A DNA stretch of 11,900 nt from the NCBI GenBank assembly GCA_033549025.1, contig JAWSUS010000039.1, positions 1 to 11,900 on the forward strand. Direction: 5' to 3'. Shown here piece by piece: positions 1 to 7,181 of this stretch; position 1 is the stretch's first letter; the number at the start of each line of letters is the position of its first letter. The notes below the pieces were generated by a model, which worked only from the letters and a program-made list of their open reading frames with translations, did no database searches and was not told the origin of the DNA. The translations under genes and the position numbers were made by a program. The stretch comes from Desulfuromonadales bacterium. Lineage in GTDB: Bacteria > Desulfobacterota > Desulfuromonadia > Desulfuromonadales > SZUA-540.

Positions 1-76
1 ACGGCTTCCGGTCGCCCGACGAAATCCGTCAGGCGGCATAATCTAAACTTGTGTCCAAGGAACCGGTTCCGCTACA
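1..76 (+). mobile_element. Right end of a probable IS3-like insertion sequence (transposase C-terminus plus terminal inverted repeat), truncated by the window edge
   Basis: Frame starting at 3 reads GFRSPDEIRQAA* (TAA 39-41), resembling the 'G(Y/F)xSP' C-terminus of IS3-type integrase-core transposases. It is followed by GTGTCCAAGGAACCGGTTCCGCTACA (51-76), which ends in CA like IS3-family right ends. Confidence 0.65.
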
Positions 77-243
77 GCTTCTGCCGGGCCAAAACCGAAC
101 TATGGTAAGCAAAGTTTAAAAGACTCTAAAGAAAAAGGGTCGGACCTGACAAATGGATTTCCGTGATTTTAGGCTGATGGGCTTCACGCTGTAAAAACTG
201 CGGCGAAATATCTTCAACCACTGAGCGAATATAAGGCAAAAGG

Positions 244-280
244 AACGGCCCACCCTGAAAAGGTGGGCCGTTTCGTTTCT
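244..280 (+). terminator. Intrinsic terminator-like hairpin, possibly bidirectional
   Basis: Perfect 11-bp stem AACGGCCCACC (244-254) / GGTGGGCCGTT (262-272), followed by TCGTTTCT. An A-run (238-241) upstream would give a short U-tract on the minus strand. Confidence 0.75.
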
Positions 281-441
281 GAATGAAGGCGAAATATCAT
301 GGATGGGAGATTGGTTTTGGAGGATGCGAGCGGAATGGAAGGAGCCCTTTTCTCGCAAAATCCAGCGCCAAGCACCAGACGACGGATAGTCGTGTATACT
401 GTCCCACGAGCCCGTCATTCGAGATACCCCCGAGGATTTTA

Positions 442-1212
442 ATGAACTACCGCCTTCTGTTCGCCGCTCTTGGCACCCTGCTGCTGCTCCCGCTGGCAAG
501 TGCTTCCGCCCAGGGCCGACCGCCCGTAGGAGACTGGCAGGTCAGCCTCGGCGCGATCGGTCTCTATCTACCGGAGTATGAAGGCGCTGACGAGTACGCA
601 TTTAAAGCTTTCCCTTCCGTTGACATCACTTGGCGCGATCAAGTCTTTCTCAACGTTCGCCAGGGATTGGGCGCCTATTTCTATCGTGGGGACAAACTGC
701 GCCTTGGCGCCTCGGTGGGCTACACTTTTGGGCGCGACGAGGATGATTCGGCCGACCTGGACGGTCTCGGGGATATCAACGACGGTGCCACCGCCAATCT
801 GTTGGCTCGCTGGAAAGTGGGAAAGGTCTCACTCGACGCCCGCTACGAACAGCAGATCACGGGTGCCGACACGGGAGCGCAAACCCTTGCCAGTCTCGGC
901 TATGGCCATCGTCTCGGGCCGACCATGCTGCGCCCGGCACTGATGGCGACTTGGGCCAGCGACGCCTACATGCAGGACTATTTTGGGATCAGCCCGTCCC
1001 AGGCTGCGAGCTCCGGCCTGCCGACTCATACCGCCGAGGCGGGCCTCAAGAGTGTTGGGGCAAGGCTCATGATAGTCCACCCTCTTGGCCGCGGTTGGGG
1101 ACTTACCCTGCTGGCGAACTACCACCGACTGCTCGGTGACGCCGCTGACAGCCCCCTGGTCAAGGACGAGAACCAGTATTTTACCGCTCTCGGAATCGCT
1201 TACACCTTTTAG
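442..1212 (+). CDS. MipA/OmpV family outer-membrane protein (MltA-interacting protein-like)
   Basis: ATG 442 follows GAGGA; signal peptide MNYRLLFAALGTLLLLPLASASA; 'PEYEGADEY', 'LDGLGDI' and 'YMQDYFGI' motifs; C-terminal beta-signal LGIAYTF. The 283 start in the ORF track is probably too long. Confidence 0.88.
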   Translation: MNYRLLFAALGTLLLLPLASASAQGRPPVGDWQVSLGAIGLYLPEYEGADEYAFKAFPSVDITWRDQVFLNVRQGLGAYFYRGDKLRLGASVGYTFGRDEDDSADLDGLGDINDGATANLLARWKVGKVSLDARYEQQITGADTGAQTLASLGYGHRLGPTMLRPALMATWASDAYMQDYFGISPSQAASSGLPTHTAEAGLKSVGARLMIVHPLGRGWGLTLLANYHRLLGDAADSPLVKDENQYFTALGIAYTF

Positions 1213-1305
1213 GTCCCGTCCTCGCGCCGCAACCGGTTAAAGGTCACCGGAAGCGGTATCCGTTGCGTTGCTGGCCGCTTTGCTCCCCCGTGGCCAGCCG
1301 AAGAC

Positions 1306-1827
1306 TCATTCCTCTGGCGAAAAATCCAGCGCCGCCGAATTGATACAGTAGCGTTTGCCCGTCGGCGCGGGACCGTCGCCGAAGACGTGCCCGAGGTGTC
1401 CCCCGCAGCGGGCGCAGTGCACCTCGGTGCGGACCATGAAAAGGAAGCTACGGTCCTCTTCGGTGCTGGTGTTCTCTGGATCTACGGGCTCATAGAAGCT
1501 CGGCCAGCCGGTCCCTGAATCGTACTTGGCTTGCGAGCTGAAAAGATCCAGCCCGCAGCCGGCGCAGCGGTAGGTTCCCTTGCCTTTGTGATTGTGGTAT
1601 TTGCCGGTGAAGGCCGGCTCGGTGCCGCTTTCACGCAGGACGCGGAACTGTTCCGGGGTGAGCTCCCGCCGCCATTCCTCAGCTGTTTTATTGACCTTTT
1701 CTACCATGACGTACTCCCCTTTCTCCGCAGTATAGACGCGGATCTTTTCTGCTGCCAAGGCACCCGTAGCGATGAGAAGCGCCAAAGCAAATATCGGTCC
1801 GGACGCAATCCATATCTTCGTGTTCAT
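1306..1827 (-). CDS. msrB: Peptide-methionine (R)-S-oxide reductase MsrB with N-terminal signal peptide
   Basis: [18 protein letters not shown], two Zn-binding CxxC (CAGC, CARC), [20 protein letters not shown] and catalytic RYCINS. ATG 1827 follows AAGAAAGG. Confidence 0.95.
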   Translation of the reverse strand: MNTKIWIASGPIFALALLIATGALAAEKIRVYTAEKGEYVMVEKVNKTAEEWRRELTPEQFRVLRESGTEPAFTGKYHNHKGKGTYRCAGCGLDLFSSQAKYDSGTGWPSFYEPVDPENTSTEEDRSFLFMVRTEVHCARCGGHLGHVFGDGPAPTGKRYCINSAALDFSPEE

Positions 1828-2007
1828 TTCGCCTTTCTTTCCCGGGGCTGTGTAAAAAATAGCACACAGGGCGAAAGAGCCTCTGCCCAGCAATTTGATG
1901 TATTAAGCGCGTTACGACGGGCAGATGCAGGGTAAATCAAACCCGATTCCAGAATGGAACACAGGTTGCAGGAAGCCGTCATAACCATCATCCTCAGGGG
2001 GGCATCC

Positions 2008-2766
2008 ATGTGCCATAGACGTGACAAAAATTCTTCGAAAACAGCGGACGCTGAAGAAAGATCAACCTGTTTGCAGCAGCGTCTGGATAGCCTTATGGAA
2101 GAGATTGATTTCCTGTTTCATGAAATCCGCACGCCGTTGACGGCCATCATCAGTTACGCCGAGATTCTGAAAACCCAGAATCAATCGGCGGAAGGGCACG
2201 CTTCGCTGCTCGACATCATTGGCAGAGAAGGGCGGCATATAGATGCTCTTCTCAATGATTTTTCCGAGGCCTGTCAGCACGATTGTGGGCCATGGCTGGC
2301 GGATACCCGCTTTTCCCCAATCCATGTGGGCGACTTGCTGCAAGAAGCAGTAACCCGCTTCAGTGCAAAACTGAATTCCCACACCATTCGGCTGGAAATA
2401 CCGGCATGTTTATCCTTGATACAGGGCGACGAAGAGAAATTGTATCTGGTCGTCAGAAATTTGCTGGCCAATGCCACAAAATATTCTCATCCCAGTCATG
2501 AAATCATCGTGTCGGTAACAGAGGGCAGCAAAGATGTTACGATTACTGTACGGGACCAAGGGATAGGGATCTCGCAGGAATGCCTTCCGGAGATTTTCAA
2601 CCAGGGGTTTCGTGGCACGCTGGCTAAAGATAAAAATCTGCGGGGCGCTGGCCTTGGTTTAGCCATTGTCAAGCGCATTGTCGAAGGGCACAGAGGGCAA
2701 ATTGAGGTAAAAAGCAAGCCGGGCGAAGGCAGTCTCTTCCTCTTGTCTTTTCCTAAGATAGGATAA
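2008..2766 (+). CDS. Histidine kinase (HisKA + HATPase_c) with no evident sensor or transmembrane domain
   Basis: H-box FHEIRTPLTAI, N-box NLLANATKYS, G1 DQGIGI, G2 GAGLGLAIVKRIV. ATG 2008 follows AGGGGGG; alternative start 1954. Confidence 0.88.
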   Translation: MCHRRDKNSSKTADAEERSTCLQQRLDSLMEEIDFLFHEIRTPLTAIISYAEILKTQNQSAEGHASLLDIIGREGRHIDALLNDFSEACQHDCGPWLADTRFSPIHVGDLLQEAVTRFSAKLNSHTIRLEIPACLSLIQGDEEKLYLVVRNLLANATKYSHPSHEIIVSVTEGSKDVTITVRDQGIGISQECLPEIFNQGFRGTLAKDKNLRGAGLGLAIVKRIVEGHRGQIEVKSKPGEGSLFLLSFPKIG

Positions 2767-2801
2767 GAAGAAGGGCTCTATCTGGTCAGAAGGAAGGTTG
2801 A

Positions 2802-3278
2802 GTGAAAAAGACCGAAGGTGAAAAGTCTCGCCAGCGGCTGGAACGGCTGGCCTGGTATCTGGACAGCTCCATCAAGGTTCCGGGCTTCAAGGCGCGTTTT
2901 GGGCTGGATGCCTTGCTTGGCCTTATCCCCGGGGTAGGCGACACCCTGGGGGCGCTGGTTTCCGGGGTGGTTATCACGGAGGCGGCCCGACTGGGTGTGC
3001 CGAAATCCCTGCTGGTGAAAATGGCCTTCAATGTGGCTCTGGATGCGGTGGTCGGGGCGGTGCCGGTGCTGGGCGACCTGTTCGACTTTGTCTGGAAGGC
3101 CAATCAGCGCAATGTGCAGCTGTTGAATGCCTATCTGGATAAGCCGCGCGAAACCGTGGTCGCCAGTCGCCTGTTTGCCTGGGGGCTCGGCGCCGTGCTG
3201 GTGGGTTTTGTGTTTCTGGTCGGCGCGCTGGGGTTTTTGCTGGTGCGCGCTTTGCTGGCCGTGATCGCCGGCGGCTGA
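2802..3278 (+). CDS. DUF4112 family membrane protein
   Basis: 'LERLAWYLDSSIKVPG..RFGLDALLGLIPGVGD' and 'GAVPVLGDLFDFVWKANQRN' are characteristic of DUF4112; GTG start follows AGGAAGG. Confidence 0.88.
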   Translation: MKKTEGEKSRQRLERLAWYLDSSIKVPGFKARFGLDALLGLIPGVGDTLGALVSGVVITEAARLGVPKSLLVKMAFNVALDAVVGAVPVLGDLFDFVWKANQRNVQLLNAYLDKPRETVVASRLFAWGLGAVLVGFVFLVGALGFLLVRALLAVIAGG

Positions 3279-3301
3279 GGGTTGCCGATCTGATCCGCGG
3301 G

Positions 3302-4192
3302 TCAATAATCGCCCTCTGCCTTCAGCAGGGCAAGAAAAGCCTGCAGCAGTCTGGTCGACTGCTCGCTGCGGCGCCGCAGGATGACCAGGGTTCTGCGCAG
3401 GTCAAGCGGGCTGCTGATCTCGACCAGCCAGCCATGCTCCAGTTCACGCTGAACCGCCATCCTTGACAGGCAGCCCACCCCCAGACCGGCCTCGGCCGCT
3501 TTCTTTATCGCCTCGGTGTGTCCCAGTTCGAGGGCCACGCGGCAATCCACCCCTTTTTTAGACAGCGCCGCTTCGAAAATCTCCCGCGTCCCCGAACCAC
3601 GCTCACGCATAATCCAGGCCGCCCCGGCCAGCATGTCGAGGGTGGCTTCCCGCCTGCTGGCCCATGCATGGGTCGGCCCGACGACCAGCACCAGCTCATC
3701 GTGCCGCCAGGGTTCCGCCTGCAGGCTTCGAGCGTGGGGAAGGCCTTCACTGAGTCCGATATCCAGCTCGCCACGCTCCAGATCCTCTTCAATCTGCTGG
3801 GCGTTGCCCACCTTGAGCTGGGCCTTGGCCGTCGGGTAGAGGTGGGAAAAATGACCCACCAGGGCGGGGAGCAGGTAGTTGCCGATGGTGGTGCTCGCCC
3901 CCACCTGCAAAACGCCCTTCGGCTGGGCGGCTGATTCGTCGAGAAACTGCTCGATCTTGCGGATGTTCTGCAGCACCTCCCGGGCCTGCGGCAGGATGAG
4001 GCGACCGCGATCGTTCAGCAGCAGCCGCCGTCCCTGCCGCTCAAAGAGCGGCGCTCCGGCCAGGCGTTCGAACTCGGCGATGGCCATGCTGACAGCCGAC
4101 TGGGTCAGCAGCAGCTGGCGGCTCGCCTGAGTGACATGGCCGCAGGCGGCCACCTTGTCAAAAATCTCCAGCTGTCGCAAGGTAATGGGCAT
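3302..4192 (-). CDS. LysR-type transcriptional regulator, YeiE/CysL-like
   Basis: N-terminal HTH 'ITLRQLEIF...LTQSAVSMAI..E', 'GASTTIGNYLLP', 'WIMRERGSGTR', 'ELGHTEAIKKAAEAGLG'; divergent from a yeiH-like gene. Start 4192 chosen; 4204 is an alternative. Confidence 0.92.
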   Translation of the reverse strand: MPITLRQLEIFDKVAACGHVTQASRQLLLTQSAVSMAIAEFERLAGAPLFERQGRRLLLNDRGRLILPQAREVLQNIRKIEQFLDESAAQPKGVLQVGASTTIGNYLLPALVGHFSHLYPTAKAQLKVGNAQQIEEDLERGELDIGLSEGLPHARSLQAEPWRHDELVLVVGPTHAWASRREATLDMLAGAAWIMRERGSGTREIFEAALSKKGVDCRVALELGHTEAIKKAAEAGLGVGCLSRMAVQRELEHGWLVEISSPLDLRRTLVILRRRSEQSTRLLQAFLALLKAEGDY

Positions 4193-4202
4193 CTGAAAAT
4201 CC

Positions 4203-4239
4203 ATCAAATGTGTTGATTGATAAGATCAAAATTTTCAAT
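4203..4239. promoter_or_regulatory. Two LysR T-N11-A boxes (putative recognition and activation sites)
   Basis: Palindromic ATCAA-atgtg-TTGAT (4203-4217) and a degenerate copy ATCAAAATTTTCAAT (4225-4239), 22 bp apart, in the AT-rich divergent spacer; candidate -10 TAGGCT at 4263-4268. Confidence 0.7.
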
Positions 4240-4298
4240 TTTTATTTATAGCAGAAAAGGTCTAGGCTGAAAAACACTTTCAGCCGGAGGAGGAGGGT

Positions 4299-5231
4299 AT
4301 GGACCAGGATAGCAGGCGTCGGGCGCTCTTTGCCGCCGCTCTAGCGCTCTGCGCCACCCCCTGGGTCGGAGCGGCCACGGCTCTGGTGCTGGGCATCGCT
4401 TTCAGCCTGGGGCTGGGCAACCCCTGGCCTGCGGGCTCTGCCCGCGCCAGTAAAATCATCCTGCAGCTTTCGGTGGTCGGTCTGGGCTTCGGTCTCCGTC
4501 TCGATGAGGTGCTGCAGACCGGCCGGAGTTCTTTCGCCTATACCCTCGTCGGTATCACGGGGACGCTGACGCTGGGTTATGTGCTAGGGAGGCTGTTCAG
4601 GACGGATCAGAACACCTCTGCCCTGATTTCCTTTGGCACCGCCATTTGCGGCGGCAGCGCCATCGCCGCCCTGGCGCCGGTTTTAAAGGCGAAAAACGAG
4701 GAAACCGCCGTCGCCCTGGCCACCGTCTTTACCCTGAACGCCATCGCGTTGCTGCTCTTTCCGGCGATAGCCCATCTGCTGCAGCTTGACCAGGGGACCT
4801 TCGGGATCTGGGCCGGTCTGGCCATCCACGATACGAGCAGCGTCGTTGGCGCGGCTTCGGTCTATGGCACGCAGGCCCTGGCCATCGGCACTACGGTCAA
4901 ACTGACGAGGGCGCTGTGGATAACGCCGGTGGTTCTTGGCCTGGCCTTTATGAAGAGGTCGGAGCAGAAAGCCAGAGTGCCCCTGTTCATTGTCGGCTTC
5001 CTGCTGGCGGCGGCGCTCAGCACCTTCCTTCCGCAATTAGCCAATATCTGGGGGGGGCTGGCCGCCCTGGCCCGAAAGTGTCTCGTTGTGACCCTTTTTC
5101 TGATCGGCGCCGGGCTGAGCCGGGAAGTGCTGAAAAAAGTCGGGGTTCGTCCTCTGTTGCAGGGCCTGACCCTCTGGCTGCTGGTCAGTGGCTTGACCCT
5201 GGCAGCGCTGCTGGGTCTCGGGGCGGGCTAG
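4299..5231 (+). CDS. yeiH: YeiH family (UPF0324, putative sulfate exporter) membrane protein
   Basis: Highly hydrophobic; 'LISFGTAICGGSAIAA', 'FGIWAGLAIHDTSSVVGA' and 'TTVKLTRALWI' motifs; strong RBS GGAGGAGG. Confidence 0.9.
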   Translation: MDQDSRRRALFAAALALCATPWVGAATALVLGIAFSLGLGNPWPAGSARASKIILQLSVVGLGFGLRLDEVLQTGRSSFAYTLVGITGTLTLGYVLGRLFRTDQNTSALISFGTAICGGSAIAALAPVLKAKNEETAVALATVFTLNAIALLLFPAIAHLLQLDQGTFGIWAGLAIHDTSSVVGAASVYGTQALAIGTTVKLTRALWITPVVLGLAFMKRSEQKARVPLFIVGFLLAAALSTFLPQLANIWGGLAALARKCLVVTLFLIGAGLSREVLKKVGVRPLLQGLTLWLLVSGLTLAALLGLGAG

Positions 5232-5238
5232 GGGGCTT

Positions 5239-5296
5239 AAAAAAAGGAGGCCGGCAGCACGCCTTTTCAGCGCGTTCTGCCGGCCTCCTGGTTTAT
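5239..5296 (-). terminator. Intrinsic terminator between convergent yeiH and ABC-F genes
   Basis: Perfect 13-bp stem AGGAGGCCGGCAG (5245-5257) / CTGCCGGCCTCCT (5277-5289). The A-run at 5239-5245 is a U-tract on the minus strand; a weaker GGTTTAT follows on plus. Confidence 0.8.
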
Positions 5297-5322
5297 AAAA
5301 TCCCCTGCGGTCTGTCGCGCTC

Positions 5323-6957
5323 TTACAGGGTAAGCGCCGCCTCGCCCTGGAAGTGCTGGTTGCGGATGTGGCTCACTTCCGGGCTCTCCAGGTATTCGTC
5401 AAAGGTCATGGAGCGCTCGATAAAGCCGTTGGGGGTGAATTCGACGATGCGGTTGGCGACGGTCGAGAGTATCTTGTGGTCGTGGGAGGCGAAGAGGATG
5501 ACCTCGGGATAGGCGATCAGGCCGTTGTTCAGGGAGGTGATCGATTCGAGGTCGAGGTGGTTGGTCGGCTCGTCGAAAATGAGGACGTTGGCGCCGGTGA
5601 GCATCATCTTGGCGAGCATGCAGCGGACCTTCTCGCCGCCGGAGAGGACGTTGGACTTTTTGGTGGCCTCTTCGCCGGAAAAGAGCATGCGGCCCAAAAA
5701 GCCGCGGGCGAAGCTCTCCCCTTCGTTGGGAGCGAACTGGCCCAGCCATTCGATGAGGTTGAGGTCGTTGTCAAAGTAGCGGCGGTTTTCCTTGGGGAAG
5801 TAGGCGGAGGTGATGGTCACGCCCCAGCGGCAGCTGCCGCTGTCGGGTTTGAGCTCGCCGGCCAGAATCTGGAAGAGGGTGGTCTTGGTCTGGCTGTCGC
5901 CGCCGACAAAGGCGATCTTGTCCCCCTTGTTGACGTTGAGGCTGAAATTGTTCAGCACCTGCACGCCGTCGACGGTTTTGCACAGGTCTTTGATTTCGAG
6001 GATGATGTCGCCGCAGGCCCGCTCGGGCTTGAAGGCGATGAAGGGATACTTGCGTGAAGAGACGGGCATATCCTCCAGGGTGAGCTTGTCCAGCAGCTTC
6101 TTGCGCGAGGTGGCCTGTTTGGCCTTGGAGGCGTTGGAGCTGAAGCGCTGGATGAACTCTTTGAGTTCGTTGGCCTTTTCGGTGACCTTGCGGTTTTCTT
6201 CCTGCTTCTGTTTCAGGGTCAGCTGGCTGGCCTCGTACCAGAAGTCGTAGTTGCCGACGTAGACGGTGATCTTGCCGAAGTCGATGTCCGCCACGTGGGT
6301 GCAGACCTGGTTGAGAAAGTGGCGGTCGTGAGAGACGACGATGACCGTATTCTGAAAGCGGGAGAGGAAGTCTTCGAGCCAGCCAATGGATTTGAGGTCG
6401 AGGTGGTTGGTCGGCTCGTCGAGGAGCAGGATGTCGGGGTTGCCGAACAGAGCCTGGGCCAGCAGCACCCGTACCTTTTCGCCCCCTTCGAGTTCCTTCA
6501 TCTTCTTGTGGCGCAGCTCTTCCGGGATGCCGAGACCGTTGAGCAGCACGGCCGCTTCCGACTCGGCCTCGTAGCCGTTCATTTCGGCGAACTCGGCTTC
6601 GAGCTCGCCGGAACGGATGCCGTCCGCCTCGGTGAAATCTCCCTTGGCATAGAGCGCCTCGCGCTCGGCCATGACCTGGTAGAGCTGGGCGTGCCCCATC
6701 ATGACGGTGTTGAAGACCGTTTCTTCGTCAAAGGCGAAGTGATCCTGGCGCAGCATGGCGATGCGCTCGCCGGCACTGACGGCGATCTCTCCCTTGTCGG
6801 GGTCCTGCTCCCCGGCCAGAATCTTCAGGAAGGTGGATTTGCCGGCCCCGTTGGCGCCGATGAGACCGTAGCAGTTGCCCGGTACGAACTTGATGTTGAC
6901 ATCTTTGAAGATGACCCTCTTGCCGTAGGCGAGGGCGACATTGTGTGCGCTGATCAT
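5323..6957 (-). CDS. ABC-F family ATPase (YbiT/YkpA-like ribosome-associated translation factor)
   Basis: Two nucleotide-binding domains (GANGAGKST; LLLDEPTNHLD; LSGGEKVR; LIFDEPTNHLD), linker 'FIQRFSSNASKAKQATSRKK', no transmembrane segments. ATG 6957 (MISAHNV) follows AAAGGA. Confidence 0.93.
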   Translation of the reverse strand: MISAHNVALAYGKRVIFKDVNIKFVPGNCYGLIGANGAGKSTFLKILAGEQDPDKGEIAVSAGERIAMLRQDHFAFDEETVFNTVMMGHAQLYQVMAEREALYAKGDFTEADGIRSGELEAEFAEMNGYEAESEAAVLLNGLGIPEELRHKKMKELEGGEKVRVLLAQALFGNPDILLLDEPTNHLDLKSIGWLEDFLSRFQNTVIVVSHDRHFLNQVCTHVADIDFGKITVYVGNYDFWYEASQLTLKQKQEENRKVTEKANELKEFIQRFSSNASKAKQATSRKKLLDKLTLEDMPVSSRKYPFIAFKPERACGDIILEIKDLCKTVDGVQVLNNFSLNVNKGDKIAFVGGDSQTKTTLFQILAGELKPDSGSCRWGVTITSAYFPKENRRYFDNDLNLIEWLGQFAPNEGESFARGFLGRMLFSGEEATKKSNVLSGGEKVRCMLAKMMLTGANVLIFDEPTNHLDLESITSLNNGLIAYPEVILFASHDHKILSTVANRIVEFTPNGFIERSMTFDEYLESPEVSHIRNQHFQGEAALTL

Positions 6958-6976
6958 GATAACGATTGTCCTTTGC

Positions 6977-7012
6977 GAAAAAATAAAAACCACAGGGGTG
7001 ACCCCTGTGGTT
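6977..7012 (-). terminator. Terminator-like hairpin in the 5' leader of the ABC-F gene (candidate attenuator)
   Basis: Minus strand reads AACCACAGGGG-TCA-CCCCTGTGGTT-TTTATTTTTT: perfect 11-bp stem (arms 7012-7002 and 6998-6988) plus U-tract, ending about 20 nt before the ABC-F start codon. Confidence 0.7.
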
Positions 7013-7025
7013 CACATGCCGGCCC

Positions 7026-7055
7026 CTTATACCACTAGCGACCGGCCGGCGGCAA
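7026..7055 (-). promoter_or_regulatory. Candidate sigma70 promoter for the ABC-F gene
   Basis: Minus strand TTGCCG (7055-7050), 18-nt spacer, TATAAG (7031-7026) preceded by TGG, an extended -10. Confidence 0.4.
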
Positions 7056-7181
7056 TCAATTTTATGCGGCCGCCTTGTCGCAGATGGCAGTTTCACCGAG
7101 GTTTTTTCTAGGACGGCACCCGTTTTGAGGGTATCCTGCCGGCATCATTGCCACACCGCTAACCGCTGTCAGGATTTCGCC

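Noticed and set aside
130..234. Frame reading ...ILG-TGA-WASRCKNCGE..., considered as a small selenoprotein
   Set aside because: No convincing start or RBS, no recognisable family and no evident SECIS-like hairpin after the TGA.
283..441. 53-codon N-terminal extension of the MipA ORF
   Set aside because: The signal peptide and RBS point to ATG 442; the extension does not resemble the family.
357..1333. 13-bp repeat AAAATCCAGCGCC at 357-369 and 1321-1333
   Set aside because: About one such match is expected by chance in 12 kb, and one copy lies within msrB coding sequence.
1847..1890. CACACAGGGCGAAAGAGCC segment, considered as a c-di-GMP-I riboswitch
   Set aside because: It lacks the GGCAAAC...GAAA...GACGCAAAGC arrangement and the second stem.
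5548..6422. 29-bp exact repeat at 5548-5576 and 6394-6422
   Set aside because: It encodes the conserved DEPTNHLDL motif in the two ABC-F domains under strong codon bias; not a mobile repeat or CRISPR.
5353..7038. Long plus-strand ORFs (234 aa and 247 aa) opposite the ABC-F gene
   Set aside because: Antisense shadow ORFs typical of GC-rich, codon-biased genes; no recognisable motifs.
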